A stretch of 40,305 nt of DNA from an uncultured Christensenella sp. (GTDB taxonomy: Bacteria > Bacillota > Clostridia > Christensenellales > UBA1242). The notes under the pieces were generated by a model. That model did no database searches and was not told the origin of the DNA. It saw only the letters and a program-made list of their open reading frames with translations. Location: contig CAYPKM010000002.1 of NCBI GenBank assembly GCA_964411325.1, forward strand, positions 1 through 40,305. The letters are read 5' to 3'. The stretch's first letter is position 1. Each line of letters begins with the position of its first letter. The translations under genes and the position numbers were made by a program. This document shows, piece after piece, positions 9,542 through 17,749 of the stretch.

Positions 9542-10711
9542 TTATTTGTTTTGCTCTTGTGAAGCAATTCCAGTTTTGAAATCTGCAACTATCTTATTAG
9601 CATTCTCTTTGTAAGTTGCATAATCACTTTCAAACTTAGTAGTAAAGTCGGTAATAGCCGTAGTCAAATTGTCGCTTACTATATCCATAGAAGCACCAAT
9701 TTTGGATACTTCAGTTACTACTAATTGATATGCCTCGGTAAGTGCATTCTTAACATAATCCATTGCATTCATTGCATTAGTGTAAGCACCTCTCAAAGCA
9801 GTTTCAAACGTGGAAACCACGCCATCAAGTCTATTTAATTCTGTCTTCATTTCTTCAGTTACATTCTCACTCTCGGCAATCTGATTTCTATAATTCAAAT
9901 ATTTAGCCTTAGCATCATTAAAATTCTTTAATGCCGTTTGATATGAACTAGTCTTAGACAAAAACACTTCTTCTCTCATTGCTTCAAGATTAGTTATTGC
10001 TGTTTGATATCCTCTTTCTACTCCCTCCAAGATAATTTTTTGATCAAGATTTGCTTGTTCTTTTATTTTCTCCAATTGAGCAAGTCTTAGAGCATCAGCC
10101 TTTGCTTGATAATACATTTCCTTTAGTGCTTGAGAATAGTATTCTTTGGTCTCAATTCTAGAATTTTTGATTTCCTTAACCAATTCTTCGTATTTCATTG
10201 CTTCAATTTGGGCTTTTTCCAAGTATGGAGAAACCTCTGCAACTACTTTTTCCAAATATTCTCTAGTCAAATTATCTAATTTTTCGATAGTTCCTGTAAT
10301 ATTTAATTCTTGCAATTTGGTCTCTACAGAAGATTTGACAGATTCGTATAGTTTATCTATCTCTTTGGTGCTTTCACCTGAAATTTGCACCTCCAATTTG
10401 TTCTTTTCTGTAGACACACTACCAGAAACCAAGTAGCCATTATCTTTGGAAATAGAAATAAATAATTGAACTGCCTCGTTTGCGTCTTTGTTTACAAACT
10501 CCCCACTAGAAATGATAATATTACCCTCTTCGTTTAGAGCATTAACCGACAAAACCTTGTTGTCTTTGTCCAAAACGAATTCAACCTCTGGATTCAAAGA
10601 CACATTCATAACTTTTGCCTCAGCCTTATCTTTGCCACAAGCCGAAAGAGTAAGACCTCCTGTAAGTATTAATGCTGAAGCACATATAGTGCTTACAAGT
10701 TTCTTTTTCAT
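9542..10711 (-). CDS. Lipoprotein with a long alpha-helical/coiled-coil C-terminal region, function unknown
   Basis: Signal peptide plus lipobox MKKKLVSTICASALILTGGLTLSAC. GGGAGG RBS lies 7 nt before ATG 10711; the ORF-track start at 10726 sits inside the RBS. The rest is rich in K/E/A/L heptad-like sequence. Confidence 0.8.
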   Translation of the reverse strand: MKKKLVSTICASALILTGGLTLSACGKDKAEAKVMNVSLNPEVEFVLDKDNKVLSVNALNEEGNIIISSGEFVNKDANEAVQLFISISKDNGYLVSGSVSTEKNKLEVQISGESTKEIDKLYESVKSSVETKLQELNITGTIEKLDNLTREYLEKVVAEVSPYLEKAQIEAMKYEELVKEIKNSRIETKEYYSQALKEMYYQAKADALRLAQLEKIKEQANLDQKIILEGVERGYQTAITNLEAMREEVFLSKTSSYQTALKNFNDAKAKYLNYRNQIAESENVTEEMKTELNRLDGVVSTFETALRGAYTNAMNAMDYVKNALTEAYQLVVTEVSKIGASMDIVSDNLTTAITDFTTKFESDYATYKENANKIVADFKTGIASQEQNK

Positions 10712-10821
10712 AAACATTCCTCCCATATCTTAATTTATGATTATATTTTTATTTTAGTTATGGCAAAAGTGCTTGTCAAGTAATTTGATAAATATTTTTT
10801 AGACAACTATGCGTTTTTTGC

Positions 10822-10855
10822 AAAAAAATAGAAGAGGAAAAATCTCCACTTCTAT
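10822..10855 (-). terminator. Rho-independent terminator after the Fic gene
   Basis: Minus strand ATAGAAGTGGAG-loop-CTCTTCTAT hairpin (10 bp, one mismatch) followed by T7. It starts 6 nt after the stop at 10861. Confidence 0.7.
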
Positions 10856-10860
10856 TGCTT

Positions 10861-11901
10861 CTACATCGTTTTTTCGCCAAAAATCCTATCGAAATCAAGG
10901 TCAATTAACTTTGCCTCAAACTTGTCTACGGGGTCTTCTTTTCGATAATCTATTATTTTGCTTACAAATTCGTTAATATTCTCTATCTGGCATTCTTTCA
11001 AGATATTCTCAAGAGGTTTGTATCTATTACTCCCCTCGCTCCTCGCTCCATACAAAGATGTCATTTGGTCATAATACTCTGAATATTTGCTATTCTCGGT
11101 CTCAAAATCCAAATCTGATTTGGCTATAGCATAATTGATTGCCATATTATATTGCTTTTTGATATCTGCAGGGATATTAATCAAAGGCAAATCTTTGATT
11201 CTCATCAAATAATTGGTGATAATCCTAAGCGTTCTACCATTGCCATCAGCAAAAGGGTGAATTTGAATAAACCTAGCAGTAAACTCTGCCAAGTCTTCCA
11301 CGACCCTATCTTTGTCTTTGAAATACCTATTATTGACATCGTCTATTAGTTCGGTCATCTTCTTATCTATATTGCCATAAGCACTTCTCTCAAGGTCTAC
11401 ACACTTCAACTTTTCATACTTTTCTAGTTCGTGATTGTATACAGACAAACAAACCAAATGTTCTTTTTTGTGAAAAGGGTCCACACCCATTGCTCTATAA
11501 TCTCCAATCCCTGACTCGCCTAGTCTAAATCTCATAATATCCGCATTGATATCCTTGACAATGTCGTGATTCAAAATCTCACCCTCGCCACCATCTCTGC
11601 GATATTTCTCTGCCATCTCCAAAGATTCTATCAGTGCCACGAAATGTCCACCAATCTCACTAATCTTGACCGTCTCGTTGCTAGCATCATTGTGGATAAA
11701 TACTTGATAATTACCCCTTCTGTCTTTCACAACATAAGTTTTGGTTGCGGGAGATTTCAAAAATTCAGATATTAACTTTCTATCTATCTCTCCATCAAAA
11801 TTGCTTGTAACAATTTCGTCATTATATTGCAACCCCTCAATAAGTTCGCTATTATCTACGAAATGAAAGGCGTCATTTGATATTCTAAGTGGTTTTGTCA
11901 T
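10861..11901 (-). CDS. Fic/DOC family protein (probable AMP-transferase) with an intact catalytic motif
   Basis: Canonical HxFx(D/E)GNGRxxR motif present as HPFADGNGRTLR. N-terminal S18-E-L-I-E22-G23 fits the (S/T)xxxE(G/N) autoinhibitory helix motif. AGGAG RBS present. Confidence 0.9.
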   Translation of the reverse strand: MTKPLRISNDAFHFVDNSELIEGLQYNDEIVTSNFDGEIDRKLISEFLKSPATKTYVVKDRRGNYQVFIHNDASNETVKISEIGGHFVALIESLEMAEKYRRDGGEGEILNHDIVKDINADIMRFRLGESGIGDYRAMGVDPFHKKEHLVCLSVYNHELEKYEKLKCVDLERSAYGNIDKKMTELIDDVNNRYFKDKDRVVEDLAEFTARFIQIHPFADGNGRTLRIITNYLMRIKDLPLINIPADIKKQYNMAINYAIAKSDLDFETENSKYSEYYDQMTSLYGARSEGSNRYKPLENILKECQIENINEFVSKIIDYRKEDPVDKFEAKLIDLDFDRIFGEKTM

Positions 11902-11925
11902 AATATTATCTCCTAATTATTATCT

Positions 11926-11954
11926 ATTATACCACACAAGTTTGACTTTGTCAC
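11926..11954 (-). promoter_or_regulatory. Sigma-A-type promoter of the Fic gene (GTGACA-17 nt-TATAAT, extended -10 TGG)
   Basis: Minus strand: GTGACA (11954-11949), 17-nt spacer, TGGTATAAT (-10 at 11931-11926). It lies in the 69-nt gap after the spoIIE stop. Confidence 0.55.
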
Positions 11955-11970
11955 TACCCCTAGTCAAAAT

Positions 11971-14277
11971 TTAATAATTGGGAAACACCCTTGCACAAAT
12001 AACTGTCATATCGTCAATTGCTACTCCACCATTCAAACTTATTGCCTCATCGAGAATTTTCCTACTAAGAGTACGAGGATTAATAATATCAAGATGAGAT
12101 ATAAATTGACACAAATCAATCTTGCCCTCAAAACTATCGGTCACACCATCAGACACCATAACAACTATATCAAAGGGAGAAACAATCTTGCGTGTAATAT
12201 GTGGATGAATTTCTTCAATCACACCTATTGGCAACCCACTACTCTCAATTATTTCACATTCACCTTTGTGTCTCTTCAAAAATCCAACAGTCGCTCCCAA
12301 CTTGATAAAATCGTAAGTATTTTTGTAAGCATCAATAATACACAAATCAATTGTAGAAAAATTTTCTTCTTCGTTTATGCTCAAAAGTTTATTCACCGAA
12401 TTAATTATTGTTTCATTATCAAAGCCTGCCACATAAAATTTCTCTATAAGCGAAATGGTAAGAGAACTAATACTACTAGCACTCTCACCACTCCCCATTC
12501 CATCACAAATAGAAAGCATATATTTGCCATTACCAATTTTCAAAAGAGATTTGCTATCGCCACAAAAGACTTTGCCAGTTTTTGTAATGCTAGAATATCC
12601 ATATGCAACATCAAACTTAGGAGCAGGACACATTCTAATTAGACATGCATTAGGAATGTCAGACGCAACTATTTCGGAAATTTGCATAGGACATTTCAAT
12701 GTTTTGCTTACAATTTTTTGGATGACATCTTTGTCCAAATTTACATTGCTAACAATCAAATTTACAAACACGAAAGAAATGTCTTTTTGATAAACAGCGA
12801 CATCCAAACAAGTGATATTTTTAAACGCTAATTCCTCTTTGATTTTTTCATCAAAATTATTATTAAAGTCTAAGCCCACGTCAACCTCTTTTGAGAGAGT
12901 TTCAAGCAGTCTCGCAACCCCTCCCAATTGATTGGCAATAAGCAATCTACTACTATCAATATTGGTAATCACATTTGCATAATCTTTGTAACTAGCAACA
13001 AGCCTATTTACCACATTCAAAGCCTCACCCACACAAACACAATTAGTAGAAAAATATTGAGGCAAATCAACTAGCAAAACCTTGCCTCTTTCATATGCAA
13101 TTGAGATGATTGTATCAATAGAATTTCCCATAAAATTATTGATAGCAAGATAGCAATTTTGATAGTTCTTGCACCCCACACAAACATCGTTTATGAACTC
13201 TTCTTTTAGCATTATTATCGCCTTGTTACTGGGAAGCACTCCTCTAACCATTCCCTTGTAAACAGACTCCATCTCAAAGAATATTTTGCTTAATTCTTCC
13301 GCTCTTCTAATAATTTGATTTTTCGCATTCCCCAGTACGTTTTTGACAGTAATTGTATATTTGTTGTCAAAAATTCCATTATATCTATCAATAAGTCTTT
13401 TAGGAAGAAAACAAAATAATACACTACCAATAGCCACAGACAAGACTTCACCAATAGAAATTCCAGCAGAAAAGATTAGCAAATACAATACATACAAAAT
13501 AACAACAGCCACACTACTTAGCCATCTGTAATTACTCTTGAAAGCGAGGGATACAACAGACAATACAACAAATAGCGAAATGTAAATAGGAGACATCAAA
13601 CTTAGCGAAAAGGAGGCACCCAAAAGAGCAGAAATTATAATGGTTGTACCACCACTAGATATATATGTACAAAGGAGAATTATGAGTGTAGAAAATAGCA
13701 ACCCCAAACACACAATACCAACATACGAAAGAGACATTCCATATGTGAAAAGCACTAGTATTACAGCCCCACAAATTTTCTCATCAATGCACAATTTGCC
13801 AATGCCGATTTTGCTAAACAAACCACCAAAAAACACCATACAAGAATACAAAAAAAGTAAGGACAAAATCACTATAACAAAGAGCGCCAAATTCTCTTTT
13901 GCACTACCCAAATGAGTACAAATATAGACAGTCAAAGCAAACATCGCACACACAAAAGTTAACCATTTTTTTGGTTTGAAATTTTTCTTTTTTGTAATGA
14001 AAAAAAGGAAAGCCAAAACGACCCCAACATTCAAACTCTCAAGCACGCTAAATACAGTTAGCCCCGAAAGGGAATAAGCCGATACATATACAACTGACAG
14101 AACATATCCATTAATCCCCAAGCCCAAAAGAGAGAATACAATCCCCATACCAAAAGGAACTAGAGCACTGTCAAAAACCTTAACTTTTGATACTCCAAAG
14201 ACAATCAAAAACACAAGTGAAAATATCAAAATATTCGTAATGATTTTGTTTCTTTTTTCTACATTCAAACTTTTCAT
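11971..14277 (-). CDS. spoIIE: Stage II sporulation protein E (membrane PP2C-type phosphatase)
   Basis: About 10 N-terminal hydrophobic segments plus a C-terminal PP2C domain (SICDGMGSGESASSIS, VMVSDGVTDSF, DDMTVICARV). The start is set at MKSLNV (ATG 14277) because GAGG lies 5 nt upstream. The ORF-track start at 14316 has no RBS. Confidence 0.9.
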   Translation of the reverse strand: MKSLNVEKRNKIITNILIFSLVFLIVFGVSKVKVFDSALVPFGMGIVFSLLGLGINGYVLSVVYVSAYSLSGLTVFSVLESLNVGVVLAFLFFITKKKNFKPKKWLTFVCAMFALTVYICTHLGSAKENLALFVIVILSLLFLYSCMVFFGGLFSKIGIGKLCIDEKICGAVILVLFTYGMSLSYVGIVCLGLLFSTLIILLCTYISSGGTTIIISALLGASFSLSLMSPIYISLFVVLSVVSLAFKSNYRWLSSVAVVILYVLYLLIFSAGISIGEVLSVAIGSVLFCFLPKRLIDRYNGIFDNKYTITVKNVLGNAKNQIIRRAEELSKIFFEMESVYKGMVRGVLPSNKAIIMLKEEFINDVCVGCKNYQNCYLAINNFMGNSIDTIISIAYERGKVLLVDLPQYFSTNCVCVGEALNVVNRLVASYKDYANVITNIDSSRLLIANQLGGVARLLETLSKEVDVGLDFNNNFDEKIKEELAFKNITCLDVAVYQKDISFVFVNLIVSNVNLDKDVIQKIVSKTLKCPMQISEIVASDIPNACLIRMCPAPKFDVAYGYSSITKTGKVFCGDSKSLLKIGNGKYMLSICDGMGSGESASSISSLTISLIEKFYVAGFDNETIINSVNKLLSINEEENFSTIDLCIIDAYKNTYDFIKLGATVGFLKRHKGECEIIESSGLPIGVIEEIHPHITRKIVSPFDIVVMVSDGVTDSFEGKIDLCQFISHLDIINPRTLSRKILDEAISLNGGVAIDDMTVICARVFPNY

Positions 14278-14286
14278 CTTTACCTC

Positions 14287-14310
14287 AAAAAAAGTGGAAA
14301 TTATTTCCAC
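14287..14310 (-). terminator. Weak terminator-like hairpin (GTGGAAA-TAA-TTTCCAC plus T7) between helD and spoIIE
   Basis: 7-bp stem followed by TTTTTTT on the minus strand, about 80 nt after the helD stop and directly abutting the spoIIE RBS. Confidence 0.4.
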
Positions 14311-14388
14311 TTTCATTTTAGCAATGTCAAATGTTTTTCACACAACTAATACCTGCAATTAATATTAGTAATTTTGTTTTTTTATGTC

Positions 14389-16443
14389 TTATTTTTGACA
14401 ATCCCCACACAAAATTAGTTTGTGCAAAGCCCTTGTCTCTGCGACATACAAAAGTCTCAAATCTAGCAAGTCTTCATCAAACATTTGCTTGTTGTAAATT
14501 ATTACGCAATCAAACTCCAATCCTTTGGCAGTCTGAACGGTAAGTAACACTTTGGATTTTGTATCAAAATTCAAGTTTGATTCATCTATTACTGCCATAT
14601 TCAAATCTTTCAAATTTTCGCAAGCATTATTCAAATCTTTTTCGTCTTTGCATATGACAGCAATTGTTTTGTATTCTTTCTCGTACTTTTCTATTAGACC
14701 TGCAATTGTTTGAATATCATTACTTGCATAATGCTCCACCTCACCTGCATTTCTAACTACATTTTGTGCAGATTGTTGTCCAAGCCTTTCCAAAATCTTA
14801 TTGGCCTCAGCCATTATTTCTACCGAAGTACGATAGCACCTATTTAGATACAGCAACTGCGTATCACCTATTATATTTTGGATACTCTGCCAATTCTCTA
14901 TCGACTGATAAGAATATATGCCTTGTTGCAAATCTCCGAATATCGCAAATGTAGCGTTTTTGAAAATCCTCTTTAGAGCATAATACATAAGCACAGACAG
15001 GTCTTGTGCCTCGTCAATCATCACACACTTTAGCCCATTATAATATGGATATATATCCATACAAGACATTATATACATTAATGGCGCCAAGTCATCAAAC
15101 GCAAGCACTTTTGACTTTATATTTTTAAGTGTATATTTTTTGAGAATATCTACATCTTCAAAGTCGGTGTATTTGTCCAAATTGTTTATGAAATCAATAT
15201 ATATTTTTATCGGGTCTTTCTCTACTTTGAATAACTTCTTGACATATCCAAAATTTCCCGACCTAATAGTTTTTCTGGCATTTTCTTTTTTGGTGATATC
15301 CAGACTGGAATTGTTTATGTTTTTGAGTGCAATATTTTTTAGCCCCTCTTCATAATACAGTGCCAAGCCCAACTTTTTGCTACCCTGTTCGGCTATCTCG
15401 CTTATTGTTTTGTTTCCGGTGAAATATTTAAACACAATATCGCTACTCAAAACTTCTACACCATTTATTAGCAGTGGTTTTTTGAATGTCTTTTCTTTCA
15501 AATCTTCCATATATCTATCTATTATTCGTTTGAAGTTCTCATTGTTTTTGAAAGTCAAGTATTTGGTTGACACATTGTTTTTTTGCAAATATTCAAATTG
15601 CGAATGTTTATTAAGTATAGTATATTGCCCTATCAAATTGAGCACTACAGTATTGAGTGAATAACTATTGGATTTGTCGGCATCCAAATCAACAAGAATA
15701 CTTGATATATAACTCATAAAAATTTCGTTTGGTGATATTATCAAGAATTCTTCGGGACGAATCTTGTTTTTGTAATTATACATTAGATAAGAAAGCCTAT
15801 GAAGTGCGACGGTCGTTTTTCCGGAACCTGCAACACCTTGTACAATGCAATTTTGGAATAATGGCAATCTAATAATTTGGTTTTGCTCTGCTTGAATAGT
15901 TGCAACTATGCTTTTTAGTCTATTGTCTGCACCTTTTTTGAGAAAAGGCTTTAGGAACTCGTCACTACTTACAGCGTCTTCAAAGTCATAAATAGACTTG
16001 ACATCATTATCTTCTATTTCTATCTGACGCTTTAATTGCAAATTTACATTATATTCTCTGCCATTTGCTAGATAAGAAGTATTCCCCAATCTGCCATTGT
16101 AATAGAGATCAGAAATTGGTGCTCGCCAATCAACCACTTTTGCATCATCTTTGGAAGATATCTCTCCCACACTTAGCCTGCCAATGTAACCATTAAACGT
16201 CTCACCATCGTCATTATCTGCAAATATTAATTTAGCAAAGTAGGGATCCTTTATATGTCTTTTCAAAATTTCCAATTTTTCATCAATGTCGTCTATCAGA
16301 GCCTCTCTTTCTACATTAAAGCCGTTATCCGTCTCGATAGGCATATCCAAGGCTATCAATCTATCGTGCAACAATTCATCTCTGTAACTATCAAACATCT
16401 CTTTCAAAACCTTGTATTTTTTCCTTTCATAATCCAAACTCAT
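14389..16443 (-). CDS. helD: HelD-like UvrD/Rep-family helicase (helicase IV; RNA polymerase-recycling ATPase)
   Basis: Walker A GVAGSGKTTVALHRLSYL. The N-terminal region YFAKLIF...NGYIGRLSV...VVDWRAPISDLYYNG matches the HelD-specific signature. C-terminal UvrD_C-like GLEFDCVIIY...LLYVAETRALHKL. GGAGG RBS present. Confidence 0.8.
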   Translation of the reverse strand: MSLDYERKKYKVLKEMFDSYRDELLHDRLIALDMPIETDNGFNVEREALIDDIDEKLEILKRHIKDPYFAKLIFADNDDGETFNGYIGRLSVGEISSKDDAKVVDWRAPISDLYYNGRLGNTSYLANGREYNVNLQLKRQIEIEDNDVKSIYDFEDAVSSDEFLKPFLKKGADNRLKSIVATIQAEQNQIIRLPLFQNCIVQGVAGSGKTTVALHRLSYLMYNYKNKIRPEEFLIISPNEIFMSYISSILVDLDADKSNSYSLNTVVLNLIGQYTILNKHSQFEYLQKNNVSTKYLTFKNNENFKRIIDRYMEDLKEKTFKKPLLINGVEVLSSDIVFKYFTGNKTISEIAEQGSKKLGLALYYEEGLKNIALKNINNSSLDITKKENARKTIRSGNFGYVKKLFKVEKDPIKIYIDFINNLDKYTDFEDVDILKKYTLKNIKSKVLAFDDLAPLMYIMSCMDIYPYYNGLKCVMIDEAQDLSVLMYYALKRIFKNATFAIFGDLQQGIYSYQSIENWQSIQNIIGDTQLLYLNRCYRTSVEIMAEANKILERLGQQSAQNVVRNAGEVEHYASNDIQTIAGLIEKYEKEYKTIAVICKDEKDLNNACENLKDLNMAVIDESNLNFDTKSKVLLTVQTAKGLEFDCVIIYNKQMFDEDLLDLRLLYVAETRALHKLILCGDCQK

Positions 16444-16477
16444 ATTACACCTCCAAATATTTGATTCTTTGACTAGA

Positions 16478-16522
16478 CAAACAAAAAGGCTGACACCTTA
16501 AAATCTATTAGATGTCAGCCTT
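16478..16522 (-). terminator. Rho-independent terminator downstream of greA
   Basis: Perfect 10-bp stem AAGGCTGACA/TGTCAGCCTT (16486-16495 / 16513-16522) with a 17-nt loop, followed on the minus strand by TTTGTTTG. Confidence 0.65.
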
Positions 16523-16669
16523 GTTATTTATCATAATCTCGCTTATTATTTCTACATTATTAAGTTTTCTTTTGAAAAGATAATTTCTCATTTGCACCTC
16601 AAATTCAAGAAATAACAAAGTTAGATTAACATACAAAATCACACTTGTCAACAGTTTTTATCAAAAAAA

Positions 16670-17140
16670 TTAATATTTGATAGACAAAACTTTGTATTTT
16701 TGCATTCCAGCAGGAGTAGCAACGTCTACTTCTTCACCCTTCTTTTTGCCTATCAAAGCCTTTCCCAAAGGACTTTCGTTGCTAATTTTGCCACTAAGAG
16801 GGTCACTTTCGATACTTCCCATAATCTTAAGAGTAATAGTCTCTTCAAAATCCATATCAAACAATTCAACATTGGCTCCAACACCTACTTTTGAAGTGTC
16901 ATTAGCCGTTTTGGAAATAATTTGGGCATTACGCAAAGTCTCTTCGATTTGTGTAATCTCTTGTTCCAAAATAGCCTCTTCTTCCCTAGCAGCGTCATAT
17001 TCGCTATTCTCGCTAATGTCTCCAAAAGACCTAGCAAAAGCGATTTTTTTGGCAACTTCTACCCTGCCATTACTCTTTAAATCTGCTAATTTATCTTCTA
17101 ATTCCTTATATGCTTCCTTTGTCAAATAAACTTCAGCCAT
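16670..17140 (-). CDS. greA: Transcription elongation factor GreA
   Basis: 156 aa. N-terminal coiled coil with the acidic tip (SFGDISENSEYDAAREE) and a C-terminal globular domain (ISNESPLGKALIGKKKGEEV). GAAGGAGA RBS present. Confidence 0.95.
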   Translation of the reverse strand: MAEVYLTKEAYKELEDKLADLKSNGRVEVAKKIAFARSFGDISENSEYDAAREEEAILEQEITQIEETLRNAQIISKTANDTSKVGVGANVELFDMDFEETITLKIMGSIESDPLSGKISNESPLGKALIGKKKGEEVDVATPAGMQKYKVLSIKY

Positions 17141-17163
17141 TTTTATTCTCCTTCAATTCACTT

Positions 17164-17202
17164 AAAAAATTAAAACCCGAATAATTACAAACCAATCATT
17201 CG
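17164..17202 (-). promoter_or_regulatory. Terminator-like hairpin in the greA 5' leader (candidate attenuator)
   Basis: Minus strand CGAATGATT-GGTTTGT-AATTATTCG (9 bp including one G-U) followed by GGTTTTAATTTTTT. It lies between the predicted promoter and the greA RBS. Confidence 0.35.
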
Positions 17203-17253
17203 AATTTTATTTTAATTTATTATTAATATGTACACCCAAAAAATGTACTTTAT

Positions 17254-17282
17254 TTTATACAATAAACAAAATTATTTGTCAA
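17254..17282 (-). promoter_or_regulatory. Sigma-A-type promoter of greA (TTGACA-17 nt-TATAAA)
   Basis: Minus strand: perfect TTGACA (17282-17277), 17-nt spacer, TATAAA (17259-17254). This predicts a leader of about 105 nt. Confidence 0.5.
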
Positions 17283-17419
17283 GAGTTTTTGCAAATAATA
17301 TTTATTATATTCCACAAAAAAATTTTTATTCAAAATATAATTTTTATTACTCTTTTATATGATTATTTTTTTGAAATATGTTACAATACATTTAATTGAT
17401 TTTGGATTTGGAGGTCGAG

Positions 17420-17686
17420 ATGGTTAAAATATTTGCCAAAACGATAGTTGGCGACAAGGTAAAGAAGACATATAAATACTCTTGCGATGACGACTTTGAA
17501 ATAGACCACTTCTTTGATTATGTCAAAGATATTTGCGAACATTTCGATAGTCCCACACCTGTAATACTTGCCAAACACATTAGAGACTTTATTGTATTTA
17601 GCACCACAACCTTCAAAAGTGAAGACTTTGTAGAAAAAGTCTTTTTTGACAAACTAGTATTAGAATCATATAGCCGAATGCTATAA
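17420..17686 (+). CDS. Hypothetical small cytoplasmic protein (88 aa)
   Basis: GGAGG (17410-17414) lies 5 nt before ATG 17420 (MVKIFAKTIVGDK...). The composition is coding-like and non-repetitive. It is convergent with dxs. I recognise no family. Confidence 0.55.
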   Translation: MVKIFAKTIVGDKVKKTYKYSCDDDFEIDHFFDYVKDICEHFDSPTPVILAKHIRDFIVFSTTTFKSEDFVEKVFFDKLVLESYSRML

Positions 17687-17749
17687 TCTTTTGCTATTTG
17701 GAACAAATACCTGTCACTCCACTTATTAACCAAAGCAAATTAACATCAC

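Noticed and set aside
12094-12790. Two plus-strand ORFs (182 and 111 aa) antisense to spoIIE
   Set aside because: They lie within the well-supported PP2C domain coding region of spoIIE. No RBS and no recognisable motifs.
14325-14400. Two TGTCAAA near-0A boxes taken as stand-alone evidence for Spo0A binding
   Set aside because: A one-mismatch 7-mer made mostly of A/T is expected many times by chance in a 40-kb AT-rich window. They are mentioned only as context for the spoIIE promoter hypothesis.
16677-17129. 150-aa plus-strand ORF covering almost all of greA in antisense
   Set aside because: greA on the minus strand is unambiguous (motifs, RBS, promoter, terminator). The antisense ORF is S/L/I-rich low-information sequence with no RBS. 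Such shadow ORFs are common in AT-rich genes.
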